In this document: piece by piece, positions 27,238 through 35,213 of the stretch
Layout: each line of letters begins with the position of its first letter
Position numbering within the stretch: the first letter of the stretch is position 1
Origin: Clostridiaceae bacterium
GTDB lineage: Bacteria; Bacillota; Clostridia; TANB77; CAG-508
Assembly (NCBI GenBank): GCA_021771025.1
Contig: JAETPW010000008.1
Location: 355-64,354, forward strand
Direction of reading: 5' to 3'
Length of the DNA: 64,000 bases
Program-made: the position numbers and the translations under genes
Notes under the pieces: generated by a model
The model's database searches: none
Told to the model about the DNA's origin: nothing
The model's input: only the letters and a program-made list of their open reading frames with translations

Positions 27238-28020
27238 TTATGTCAATTTCCTAAAATTTAATTTCTTAATCATTTTTTCTCCAATAATTTCTATTTCATC
27301 TGGTTTCATATGATGTTTCATATTTTTTATTTCCATAAGTTCTATTTCTGGTCTATCTTTTATAAATTTATATGTATCTTTAATTGGTGCAGTATCATCT
27401 AAAGAACCTTGAATAATAAGTATTTTCCTTTTTTCATGATAAGTATTATATAAATCATTTTTTACTAAATCTTCGTAAAAAGAATAGGGAACTTCTATTT
27501 TTCCATTATGTCCAGATTTAGCTTTTTTATCGTTTCTATATTGTGTAAATGGTTCTTTCAATAAACTATTTATGAAAATATCTTTCATGTTAAATGCAGG
27601 AGATCTTAATATTATATTTTCATAATCTGACTTATCTCCTATTAGTTTGTTTAATAATATATATGCTCCAAAACTAATGGCAAAAAAAGAGATTCTTATA
27701 TTGGAGCTATATTTATTTTTTATATAATCAATAACATTATTAATATAAGAAATACATACATCTACTGTCAATTTATCTGTTCCTTGAACACTATCAATAT
27801 GCCCAGGAAAATCAAAAGAGATCGATTCTATACCATACTGTAATAATTTTTCTGCAACTATTTTGATTGAATTACTGCTTTTCCCACTGCAAAACCCATG
27901 ACAAAATATAAAAATTTGATTATTCATTTTTTTTCCATCATCATAAAATATCTTACCTTTTATCATACATTTTTCTTTTTTATTATAAATATCTATATTT
28001 TTTTCCATTCTTGCTATCAT
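27238..28020 (-). CDS. Alpha/beta-fold hydrolase
   Basis: It has IFCHGFCSG (oxyanion region), the nucleophile elbow AISFGA, IIQGSLDDTAP (acid) and MKHHM (His). Confidence 0.65.
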   Translation of the reverse strand: MIARMEKNIDIYNKKEKCMIKGKIFYDDGKKMNNQIFIFCHGFCSGKSSNSIKIVAEKLLQYGIESISFDFPGHIDSVQGTDKLTVDVCISYINNVIDYIKNKYSSNIRISFFAISFGAYILLNKLIGDKSDYENIILRSPAFNMKDIFINSLLKEPFTQYRNDKKAKSGHNGKIEVPYSFYEDLVKNDLYNTYHEKRKILIIQGSLDDTAPIKDTYKFIKDRPEIELMEIKNMKHHMKPDEIEIIGEKMIKKLNFRKLT

Positions 28021-28157
28021 TCCTTCCTTGCTATATTTTCAAAGGCATAAATTATTTTTTCTGCCTTAGTTCCTACTATTAATAAAGCTAAAAAATTTAC
28101 ATGTAATTCCATGTTTGCCTTAGTACTTGATTTTAATTACTTTTATTCTCTTTTTTG

Positions 28158-28913
28158 TTATATCATGATTTCATGGCTATTTTCTTTTAGCCATTGATCA
28201 ATTTCTCGGTAGTTTGGGATAAATTTTTCTACTAGATGGTAGAACTCTTTTTGGTGATTGGGATAAATCATGTGGCAAAGTTCGTGTACGATGATGGCAT
28301 CGATTTTATCTTTGGGTAGCATGATTAATCGATTACTAAATTGGAGTGTTTTTTTCTTGGGGATACAACTACCAAATTTACTAGTAGCGTCTCTTACCTG
28401 AAATGACTGATAGGGTATTTGCGTTTTTTTGCTCCAATAAGGTACTCTAATTATTAACCATTCTTTTGTTTTTCTTTGCCATAGTTTTTTTATGTTTTTG
28501 TCAATTTGTCGTTTTCTTTCTTCTTGGGATATGGTAGAAAAAATTAGAGGTAGTGATAGTTTTATGGTTTTTTGGGTTTCCTGAATTTCAATTTTCAGGC
28601 TATTTTTAGGGAAGTCTTCTACTAGAATTCGGTACGTTTCCCCTTGATATAACATTTTTTCTCCTGTATACCAATGTTTTATGGTTTGATTTTCTTTTTG
28701 GTTGATTTTCTCGTATTGCTCACTTATTGTTTCCTTATTTTGTTCGATGATTTTTAGTAATTCTTTTTGTTTCATTCTTGCTGGTTTACTGATGTTTAGT
28801 GTATTTCCTTTGAAGTACATTTTTAGTGTGCAAGAGTTTTGGTAGTTTCTTACGATGATGGGAATCTGTTTTCCTTTTATTGGTAGATAATATTTAGCCT
28901 CTCCCATGTTCAT
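28158..28913 (-). CDS. DUF45 / YgjP-like zinc metallohydrolase (full-length copy)
   Basis: It has the HELCH (HExxH) motif and the C-terminus NHQKEFYHLVEKFIPNYREIDQWLKEN. I prefer the start at MNMGEAKYY after AGGAG. Confidence 0.75.
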   Translation of the reverse strand: MNMGEAKYYLPIKGKQIPIIVRNYQNSCTLKMYFKGNTLNISKPARMKQKELLKIIEQNKETISEQYEKINQKENQTIKHWYTGEKMLYQGETYRILVEDFPKNSLKIEIQETQKTIKLSLPLIFSTISQEERKRQIDKNIKKLWQRKTKEWLIIRVPYWSKKTQIPYQSFQVRDATSKFGSCIPKKKTLQFSNRLIMLPKDKIDAIIVHELCHMIYPNHQKEFYHLVEKFIPNYREIDQWLKENSHEIMI

Positions 28914-28968
28914 TTTCTCCTTTTTCTCTTTTTTCTTTTTCTCTTTTTTCATTAAAAGCATTTAAAAT

Positions 28969-29013
28969 GGGCAGACCATCATGGGAGCAATGTTGCTCTT
29001 TGTTGGTCTGACC
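28969..29013 (-). terminator. Two-tier GC-rich hairpin downstream of the TPM gene
   Basis: The outer stem is gggcagacca/tggtctgaccc (9 of 10 bp) and the inner stem is gagcaa/ttgctc. On the minus strand it is followed by AUUUUAAAUGCUUUU. Confidence 0.4.
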
Positions 29014-29140
29014 CCACTAATACTTATTTTTTTATTTTTCCCCTTTGATTTTTGTTCTTTATTTTTATTTTTGCTCTTTTTTGTTCTTTGATTTTTTCTT
29101 TATCTTTTTTCCTTTAATTCTTTTTCTTTCTGCTTTTTTC

Positions 29141-30070
29141 TTAAAAACTTCTTGAACTTCCTCCTCCACCAGAAGAACCTCCGCCTCCGTGGAATCCGCC
29201 GTCCTCCGCCTGAGAAGCCTCCTCCAGAGAATCCGCCTCCACCGGAAACCTCCTCCTCCGTAGAAGCCTCCGTCCGCCAAACCCGATGAATCCTCCAAAG
29301 TTCACTAAGATTAGGTTAACGACGAAGATGACGATTCCTGTTATTATGCTTTGCGTTAAGAAATAGGTTAGTCCTGCTATAGCAATTAGATAAATCATCT
29401 TACCTATTTTACCTTTTTTCTTTCCTAATCGAGCAATAAGAGAAGAAAATACTATGCTGACAATAAATATACTCGAAAAGGCAGATGTGCCAGCTGTTTG
29501 TTTCGTTGGTTTTACTTGTTCTGCTCCTTCAATTGTTACTTGGTACTCGCCCGCAATTTCTTGTAATAGGGCATTAAATCCCTTTTTTAGTCCGTCATTA
29601 TAGTTATCGTTTTTTAGATCGGGTACCATGTATTCGTCTTGAATTCTTCCTGTTTTTCCATCGGTTAGTCTTCCTTCTAGTCCATAACCAACTTCAATTC
29701 TAAGTTTTCTTTCCCCTGTTGAACATAGGATGAGAACTCCATTGTTTTTTCCTTCTTGCCCAATTTCATAGGCACGGAATACTTCATTAGCATATTCTTC
29801 TACCGTTTTTCCTTCTAGGCTTTTAACGGTTACTACTGCGATTTGTGCTTGTGTTTTTTCTTCTAGTTTTTGGGCCATTTGAATCATGTATTGCTTTGTT
29901 TCTTGCTTTAATACTCCTGCTTGGTCGTTTACGTACTTCTCACTAGTCGATGGAGCAGGAAAAGCTTGGGCTGTAGATGTTAGAAAAAAAATTGATAATA
30001 TACCCATTATGACAATGGCACATAAAATTCCTCGTAAAAATTTTGTTTTTGTCCTAATCAAATTGGACAT
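29141..30070 (-). CDS. TPM-domain (YgcG-like) membrane protein with a Gly-rich tail
   Basis: It has a signal/TM segment, a TPM core (VNDQAGVL...AVVTV...GVLIL...RIEVGYGLEG), two TM segments and a Gly-rich C-terminus. The start is at MSNLIRT after AGGAGG. 29201-29272 appears to be read out of frame (see findings). Confidence 0.8.
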   Translation of the reverse strand: MSNLIRTKTKFLRGILCAIVIMGILSIFFLTSTAQAFPAPSTSEKYVNDQAGVLKQETKQYMIQMAQKLEEKTQAQIAVVTVKSLEGKTVEEYANEVFRAYEIGQEGKNNGVLILCSTGERKLRIEVGYGLEGRLTDGKTGRIQDEYMVPDLKNDNYNDGLKKGFNALLQEIAGEYQVTIEGAEQVKPTKQTAGTSAFSSIFIVSIVFSSLIARLGKKKGKIGKMIYLIAIAGLTYFLTQSIITGIVIFVVNLILVNFGGFIGFGGRRLLRRRRFPVEADSLEEASQAEDGGFHGGGGSSGGGGSSRSF

Positions 30071-30620
30071 TTGGAACCTCCTTGCTTCCTTCTGAAGCTT
30101 CAAAATAATCTTTTTGTTCATAGCCAAACATGCCTGCAATTAAATTTGTTGGGAATTTTTTTACTTTTACGTTGTAAGTATTAACGGCATCATTGTAATC
30201 TTTTCTGGCTACTGCTATTCTATTTTCTGTTCCTTCTAATTCATCAGCTAATTGAGCAAAGTTTTGTGATGATTTTAAATCTGGATAATTTTCAACCACA
30301 ATCATTAAACGATTTAATGCACTGGTTAATTCTCCATCTGCCTCTGACTTTTCAGCAACCGTTCCTGCTCCTGCTAATTTTGCTCTTGCTTCAGTTACTG
30401 AATCAATAACCTCTTTTTCTTGGCTAGCATATCCTTTTACGGTATTGACTAAATTTGGAATTAAATCTGCTCTTCTTTGTAACATCGTATCAATCGTGGC
30501 AAATTTGTTATCCACTTCCTCTGATTTAGAGACGATTCCATTGTAACTAATTCCTAACATTCCAATAATAAGCACAATAATTACTGCTATTACTAGAATG
30601 ATGATAGTAGATTTTTTCAT
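30054..30620 (-). CDS. lemA: LemA family protein
   Basis: 188 aa with an N-terminal TM segment and LemA-like sequence throughout (LQRRADLIPNLVNTVKGYA..E). It overlaps the TPM start, which is the classic LemA-TPM pairing. Confidence 0.85.
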   Translation of the reverse strand: MKKSTIIILVIAVIIVLIIGMLGISYNGIVSKSEEVDNKFATIDTMLQRRADLIPNLVNTVKGYASQEKEVIDSVTEARAKLAGAGTVAEKSEADGELTSALNRLMIVVENYPDLKSSQNFAQLADELEGTENRIAVARKDYNDAVNTYNVKVKKFPTNLIAGMFGYEQKDYFEASEGSKEVPNVQFD

Positions 30621-30762
30621 GATTATTTCCTCCTTTTCCTCAAGGTTTTTTGAGGGCTTTTTTTCGTTACCTTGGTGTGATTATATAATTTTTTTCTTTA
30701 AATTGCAAGGGTTCGGTTAAACTCTTGGTTAGCAACTCCCAGATCGCTCCCAGATCAAATTT

Positions 30763-30850
30763 CCAAATCAAACTCCCAAATTGGGGACGGGGTAAAAAAT
30801 GGTAAAATTACCATTTTTTACCCCGTCCCCAATTTGGGAGTTTGATTTGG
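30763..30850. repeat. 88-bp perfect palindrome (43-bp arms, 2-nt centre)
   Basis: ccaaatcaaactcccaaattggggacggggtaaaaaatggtaa-aa-ttaccattttttaccccgtccccaatttgggagtttgatttgg. It ends 5 nt from the histidine kinase stop. Confidence 0.95.
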
Positions 30851-30855
30851 GAAAA

Positions 30856-31866
30856 TTATAATTGATAAAAACTACTTTGTGGAAAGATTAGGGTTATGGT
30901 GGTTCCTTTTCCTTCTTGCGATTGTATGGTGATTTGGTGGCCTAATCGATTGGCTAGTTTTTGGCATAGATATAGACCTATTCCTGTTGATTTTTGTGTG
31001 TTTCTTCCGTTGGTTCCGGTGAAGCCTTTTTCAAATACGCGGTCTATTTCTGCTGCTTTTATTCCTATTCCGTTGTCATGTATGATTAACTCTGTGTTTT
31101 CTTTGTTTGTGTTACTTTTGATGGTTATGGTTGCTTCTTCCTCTTTTTTGTATTTTATGCTATTCATCATGATTTGATTTATGATAAATTCAATCCATTT
31201 GCTGTCTGTGTATACAATTTCTTCTGTGAGATTTAGTTCTATTTTGATTTTTTGTTCGATTAGTTGCTTTTTGTTTTTTACGATTACGTTTCCTACGATG
31301 TCTTTTAGTTTTGTTTCCTTGATTAAGTAGTCTTTTTCGGTGTGATTGCTTCTGGCATAAAATAGGGCTTGTTCAATGAAGATGTCTATTTTGTCTATTT
31401 CTTCTTCGATGTCGTTTGTGATTTCGTTTCGGTGGTTTTCGATGATCATTTTGCTGACAGCGATTGGTGTTTTTATTTCGTGTATCCATAATTCGATGTA
31501 TTCTTTATATTCTTCTTGGTTTCTTTTAAATGAGTTGACGTGTTCTGTCATGGATTTTCCTACTTCTTGTAGTATACTTTTTAATAGCTTTCCTTCGATG
31601 AATGATGGATCTTTCATCATTTCTGGTAAAAGATATTTGTCTTCTAATTGTTCTAGGCTACCCATTATTTCTTGATAGTATTTGTTTTTTTGCCAATATT
31701 CTATTACGATTCCTATGGTATAACATACAATTAGTCCAATTCCAATATAAAGATGGATAAATAGTCGGTCATCAATTAATAGTAAAAATATTTCCGCACT
31801 AAAGAGAAAAAAGAGAAGAAGGATGATGGATGGTATTTTTTCTTTGATAAAACTACTGAATTTCAT
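30856..31866 (-). CDS. Intramembrane-sensing histidine kinase (BceS-like)
   Basis: It has two N-terminal TM segments with almost no loop, an H-box (HEIKTPIAV), an N-box (NSIKY) and G-boxes (DNGIGI, GIGLYLC). Confidence 0.85.
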   Translation of the reverse strand: MKFSSFIKEKIPSIILLLFFLFSAEIFLLLIDDRLFIHLYIGIGLIVCYTIGIVIEYWQKNKYYQEIMGSLEQLEDKYLLPEMMKDPSFIEGKLLKSILQEVGKSMTEHVNSFKRNQEEYKEYIELWIHEIKTPIAVSKMIIENHRNEITNDIEEEIDKIDIFIEQALFYARSNHTEKDYLIKETKLKDIVGNVIVKNKKQLIEQKIKIELNLTEEIVYTDSKWIEFIINQIMMNSIKYKKEEEATITIKSNTNKENTELIIHDNGIGIKAAEIDRVFEKGFTGTNGRNTQKSTGIGLYLCQKLANRLGHQITIQSQEGKGTTITLIFPQSSFYQL

Positions 31867-31974
31867 GTTTATTTTCCTCCTTTTCTATTTGTCGTTTTGT
31901 GTCCTTTTGGGGACATTTCTGTTTTGGACATCTAGCTACTTCTAAACGGGGAGAGGCATGTTTTAGCTATTTTG

Positions 31975-32655
31975 TTATGGAGCTAATAGTAGCAGATAGC
32001 CTTGTCCTCGTTTGGTTTCGATTTTGTTGGGAAGCCCTAGCTCTTCTAGTTTGTTTCGTAATCTTGTCATGTTAACGGTTAGGGTGTTGTCGTCTACGAA
32101 CATTTGACTATCCCATAGGTAAGTCATGATTTCTTCTCGTGAGACGATTTGGTTTTGGTGTTTTAGCAATAGGTAGAGTATTTTGAGTTCGTTTTTGGTT
32201 AGTTCTTGTTTTCTTTCTCCTACTTGGATAGTGCTTTGGGATATGTCTAGTGTGAATTCTTTGGTTTCAATTTTTGTTTGGTTTTTGTCGCTTGGCTTCG
32301 TTCTTTTTAGGATGGCTGCTATTCTGGCAAGTAAGATTTGGGGGTTGAATGGCTTAGGGATAAAGTCATCTGCTCCATAATTCATGCTAATTAGTTCGTC
32401 CATTTCATTATTTCTGCTGGTCATTATGGCTATCGGTATATCTGATGTTTTTCGGATTTCTTTGCAGATGTACTCACCATCAAACTTTGGTAAGTTGATG
32501 TCTAATAAGACTAGGTCACATTGACAGGCGATAATGTCTTCTATAGGATGCTTGAAGTCTTCTAGTGTTTTGACTTCATATCCATTTTTGGTGAGAAAAA
32601 TGGATAGTTCTTTTCTTAGTTTTTCATCGTCTTCTACCATTAGTATTGTTTGCAT
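31975..32655 (-). CDS. OmpR-family response regulator (BceR-like)
   Basis: It has a receiver domain (MVEDDEKL...LVLLDINLP) and a winged-helix output domain (LTKNELKILYLLL...RGQGY). Confidence 0.88.
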   Translation of the reverse strand: MQTILMVEDDEKLRKELSIFLTKNGYEVKTLEDFKHPIEDIIACQCDLVLLDINLPKFDGEYICKEIRKTSDIPIAIMTSRNNEMDELISMNYGADDFIPKPFNPQILLARIAAILKRTKPSDKNQTKIETKEFTLDISQSTIQVGERKQELTKNELKILYLLLKHQNQIVSREEIMTYLWDSQMFVDDNTLTVNMTRLRNKLEELGLPNKIETKRGQGYLLLLAP

Positions 32656-32812
32656 GATTGCCTCCTTTTTTTATTTTGGATTTATTGGTATTTGTAAAAC
32701 TATACCAAATATTGAACTAAATGTACTTTTTAATACAACATCTGCTATGCTTTATCTGCTTAGATTATATGTATAGTGCGACAAAACAGGCTAAGTATTA
32801 CCTAATTTAATT

Positions 32813-33370
32813 TTAGCTAATTGACTTGATAACTTTGCACGGGTTACCTACAGCTACTACATTTGCTGGTATACTTTTGGTGACTATACTTCCTGCTCCA
32901 ATGACAGTGTTGTCTCCTATGGTTACTCCTTGTAAAATGACGCTATTTCCCCCTATCCATACATTGTTGCCTATGGTGATTGGTTTTACTTGTTCAATTC
33001 CTTCGTTTCTTTTTTCTTTGTCTAGTGGATGGTTTGTGGTATAGAACCCACAGTTTGGACCAATGAAAACATTGGCTCCAAACGTAATTTTGGCTCCGTC
33101 TAATAAAACTAAGTTGTGATTGGCGTAGAAATTTTCTCCTATTTCTAGGTTATAGCCATAGTCACAAAAAAATGGTTGTTCAATAAGAAATTTTTTTCCT
33201 GTTTTTTTGAGTAATTTTCTGATGATTTCTTCTCTTTTGGTTTCGTTGGAAGGATTGGTTTGATTGTAGGCAAAACAAAGTTCTTTTGCTTGTTTTCTTT
33301 CTTCGATTAGTTCAGGATCGAAATTTGGGTTATAGGGCAATCCTGCTTGCCCTTTTTCTTTTTCGGTCAT
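32813..33370 (-). CDS. maa: Maltose/galactoside O-acetyltransferase (hexapeptide repeat)
   Basis: It has an N-terminal Mac domain (LPYNPNFDPELIEERKQAKELCFAYNQT) and left-handed beta-helix hexapeptide repeats. Confidence 0.85.
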   Translation of the reverse strand: MTEKEKGQAGLPYNPNFDPELIEERKQAKELCFAYNQTNPSNETKREEIIRKLLKKTGKKFLIEQPFFCDYGYNLEIGENFYANHNLVLLDGAKITFGANVFIGPNCGFYTTNHPLDKEKRNEGIEQVKPITIGNNVWIGGNSVILQGVTIGDNTVIGAGSIVTKSIPANVVAVGNPCKVIKSIS

Positions 33371-33523
33371 TTGATGTCCTTTCTTTATTCTATTATCCCT
33401 TGGTTATTATTCTTTTTTGTAAATATTTTGTTTTTTCGGAATTATTGTGGTATAATTATGTTTAGGAACTGTTGACCATAGCGAATTGTTTATTAATTCG
33501 CTTTTTCTTGAAAGGAGGCATAT

Positions 33524-33634
33524 ATGTTTATGTCTAATGCAAGGCGCAGAAGATTTCAGCATTTAGTAAATGTTGGGTATTCTGTGTCTCAGGCACTTGA
33601 TATTCTTCTATTTGACGATTTTTTTATTGATTAA
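33524..33634 (+). CDS. 36-aa small protein (MFMSNARRRRFQHLVNVGYSVSQALDILLFDDFFID)
   Basis: A strong SD (AAGGAGG, 6-nt spacing) and its own terminator are present. An extended -10 (TGgTATAAT, 33448-33456) lies upstream. SQALDIL faintly recalls the Spo0E-family SQxLDxLI motif. Confidence 0.4.
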   Translation: MFMSNARRRRFQHLVNVGYSVSQALDILLFDDFFID

Positions 33635-33644
33635 AGGTCGTCCG

Positions 33645-33670
33645 CCCTGTTTGATAACAGGGTGTTTTTT
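33645..33670 (+). terminator. Intrinsic terminator of the small ORF
   Basis: ccctgtt-tgat-aacaggg followed by tgtttttt. Confidence 0.65.
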
Positions 33671-33888
33671 ATGTGTTATGGAAAGGTGCTCTAAAACGCC
33701 ATAATATTTGGCGAACTGCTCAGCCTATAATGTTTAGCTATTATGGCATGAGAAGATATTTCATTTTTAACTCTAATATATTTAAATTAGAATTAATGAC
33801 AAATACTCTTAATTACATATCACTTTACATTTTATGTCTAATTTAAAATCTTTAGTTTAATTATAGTTTATTAACTGATAGATTCATT

Positions 33889-35196
33889 TTATTTTTTTAG
33901 TGCTCTAGCTATTGCTTTAGATAATAACGGCGGTACTGCATTTCCTACTTGAGTATATTGAGCGGTTCTGGGGCCTTCAAACAAATAGTTATCAGGAAAG
34001 CTTTGAATTCTGGCTGCTTCTCTTACGGTTAATGCTCTACATTGTCGTATGTCTGGATGTATGTTGTAGTGTCCGTCTTTACTAATGTGTGCTACAATTG
34101 TATGCGGTATTTCATACATTCCATGTACTTTAAATCTATCTGAAAATTGTTTCTCATTTTTATGTGTTTTTAAGTTTGGTGGTAATTCGTCATAGTATAG
34201 TTTTTGGTTTTTGTTTGCCTTTTCTATAGCTAGTTGATAAATTTCTTTATCTCTATCATTTAATTTTCTAGCTTTATGATTTACTATCCCTATGCTATCT
34301 TTTCTTAAGTATTCTTCATATTTGGATTGTGGCTTAGTTTTGTATTTTACCAATTTTCGATCATGACCTTCCCCTTCTTTTAATTTATTTAAATCCAAAA
34401 TCGCATTTTTTGTGTTTATTTCTTCGTTAAATTTTTCAGCATATTTAGTAAAATCGGGATATTCATAATCTAAATCTTTTCTTACCCCGAATAATATTAC
34501 TCTTTTTCTTGTTTGATATACACTATAGTTTACTGCCTCTTGTAAATTTTCTTTTCTTTCTTCTTTGTTCCCCACTTTAAGTTCATAACCAATTTTACTA
34601 AATTCTATAGATATCTCATCAAATATTTTTCCATCTTGGGCAGAAAATATTCCTGGTACATTTTCAAAAATAAACATTTTGGGTTTATACTTTTTAACCA
34701 TATCTCTATAGTAGTAGAATAAATAATTTCTTTCATCTTCTCTTACTTTTTCTTTCATTCTACTTCTTCCAATAATTGAGTATGCTTGACATGGTGGGCC
34801 TCCGATGATTAGGTCTATTTTTTTTTCGTTAAAAAATTCCATTGATAAATTGATCAACTTGATAATTTCTTTTATATCAGTTGCCTTTTGATCCTTTTTT
34901 GTGTTTCCAAACTTTTTATTTAATACTGTTTTATTTAATATTTCTTTCAATTCTGGATATTTTCCAAAAACTATTTCTCGGTTTTTCTCAATATCATGAT
35001 AGTGATTAGCGGATAATAAATATTTGTTATACATTTCTAGATCATTTTTTTCCCTTAGATAGTAATACATTATTCTTGTTTTCAATGTTTCACAAGCCCA
35101 ATATTCTTTTTCGATATGTGCTATAAATTTATATCCTTCACTTAAAAAACCTTCTGTTAGTCCTCCTGCTCCTGAAAATAAATCAATTACTACCAT
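33889..35196 (-). CDS. DNA (cytosine-5) methyltransferase
   Basis: It has motif I (DLFSGAGG), motif IV (GGPPCQAYS), motif VI (ENVPG) and motif X (QVGNAVPP). Confidence 0.92.
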   Translation of the reverse strand: MVVIDLFSGAGGLTEGFLSEGYKFIAHIEKEYWACETLKTRIMYYYLREKNDLEMYNKYLLSANHYHDIEKNREIVFGKYPELKEILNKTVLNKKFGNTKKDQKATDIKEIIKLINLSMEFFNEKKIDLIIGGPPCQAYSIIGRSRMKEKVREDERNYLFYYYRDMVKKYKPKMFIFENVPGIFSAQDGKIFDEISIEFSKIGYELKVGNKEERKENLQEAVNYSVYQTRKRVILFGVRKDLDYEYPDFTKYAEKFNEEINTKNAILDLNKLKEGEGHDRKLVKYKTKPQSKYEEYLRKDSIGIVNHKARKLNDRDKEIYQLAIEKANKNQKLYYDELPPNLKTHKNEKQFSDRFKVHGMYEIPHTIVAHISKDGHYNIHPDIRQCRALTVREAARIQSFPDNYLFEGPRTAQYTQVGNAVPPLLSKAIARALKK

Positions 35197-35213
35197 TTTT
35201 CTCTCCTATTTTT

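Noticed and set aside
28097-28106. TTACATGTAA palindrome upstream of the cassette operon, as a BceR-type box
   Set aside because: It lacks the 4-nt spacer of the box at 21061-21076 and is only 10 bp. That is too little evidence to annotate it as a regulatory site.
29065-29298. 77-aa minus-strand ORF overlapping the TPM gene end
   Set aside because: It is an alternative frame of the GC-rich Gly-codon repeat, running on into an A-rich spacer (KKKAERKRIKGKK). It is explained by the frame problem described for 29201-29272.
33761-33800. CRISPR-repeat-like sequence (12-mer ctaatatattta at 33773-33784, about 23/30 overall) at the edge of the defence island
   Set aside because: The similarity outside the 12-mer is weak, the sequence is AT-only, and no spacer-sized periodicity or second copy is nearby. 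It is most likely chance.
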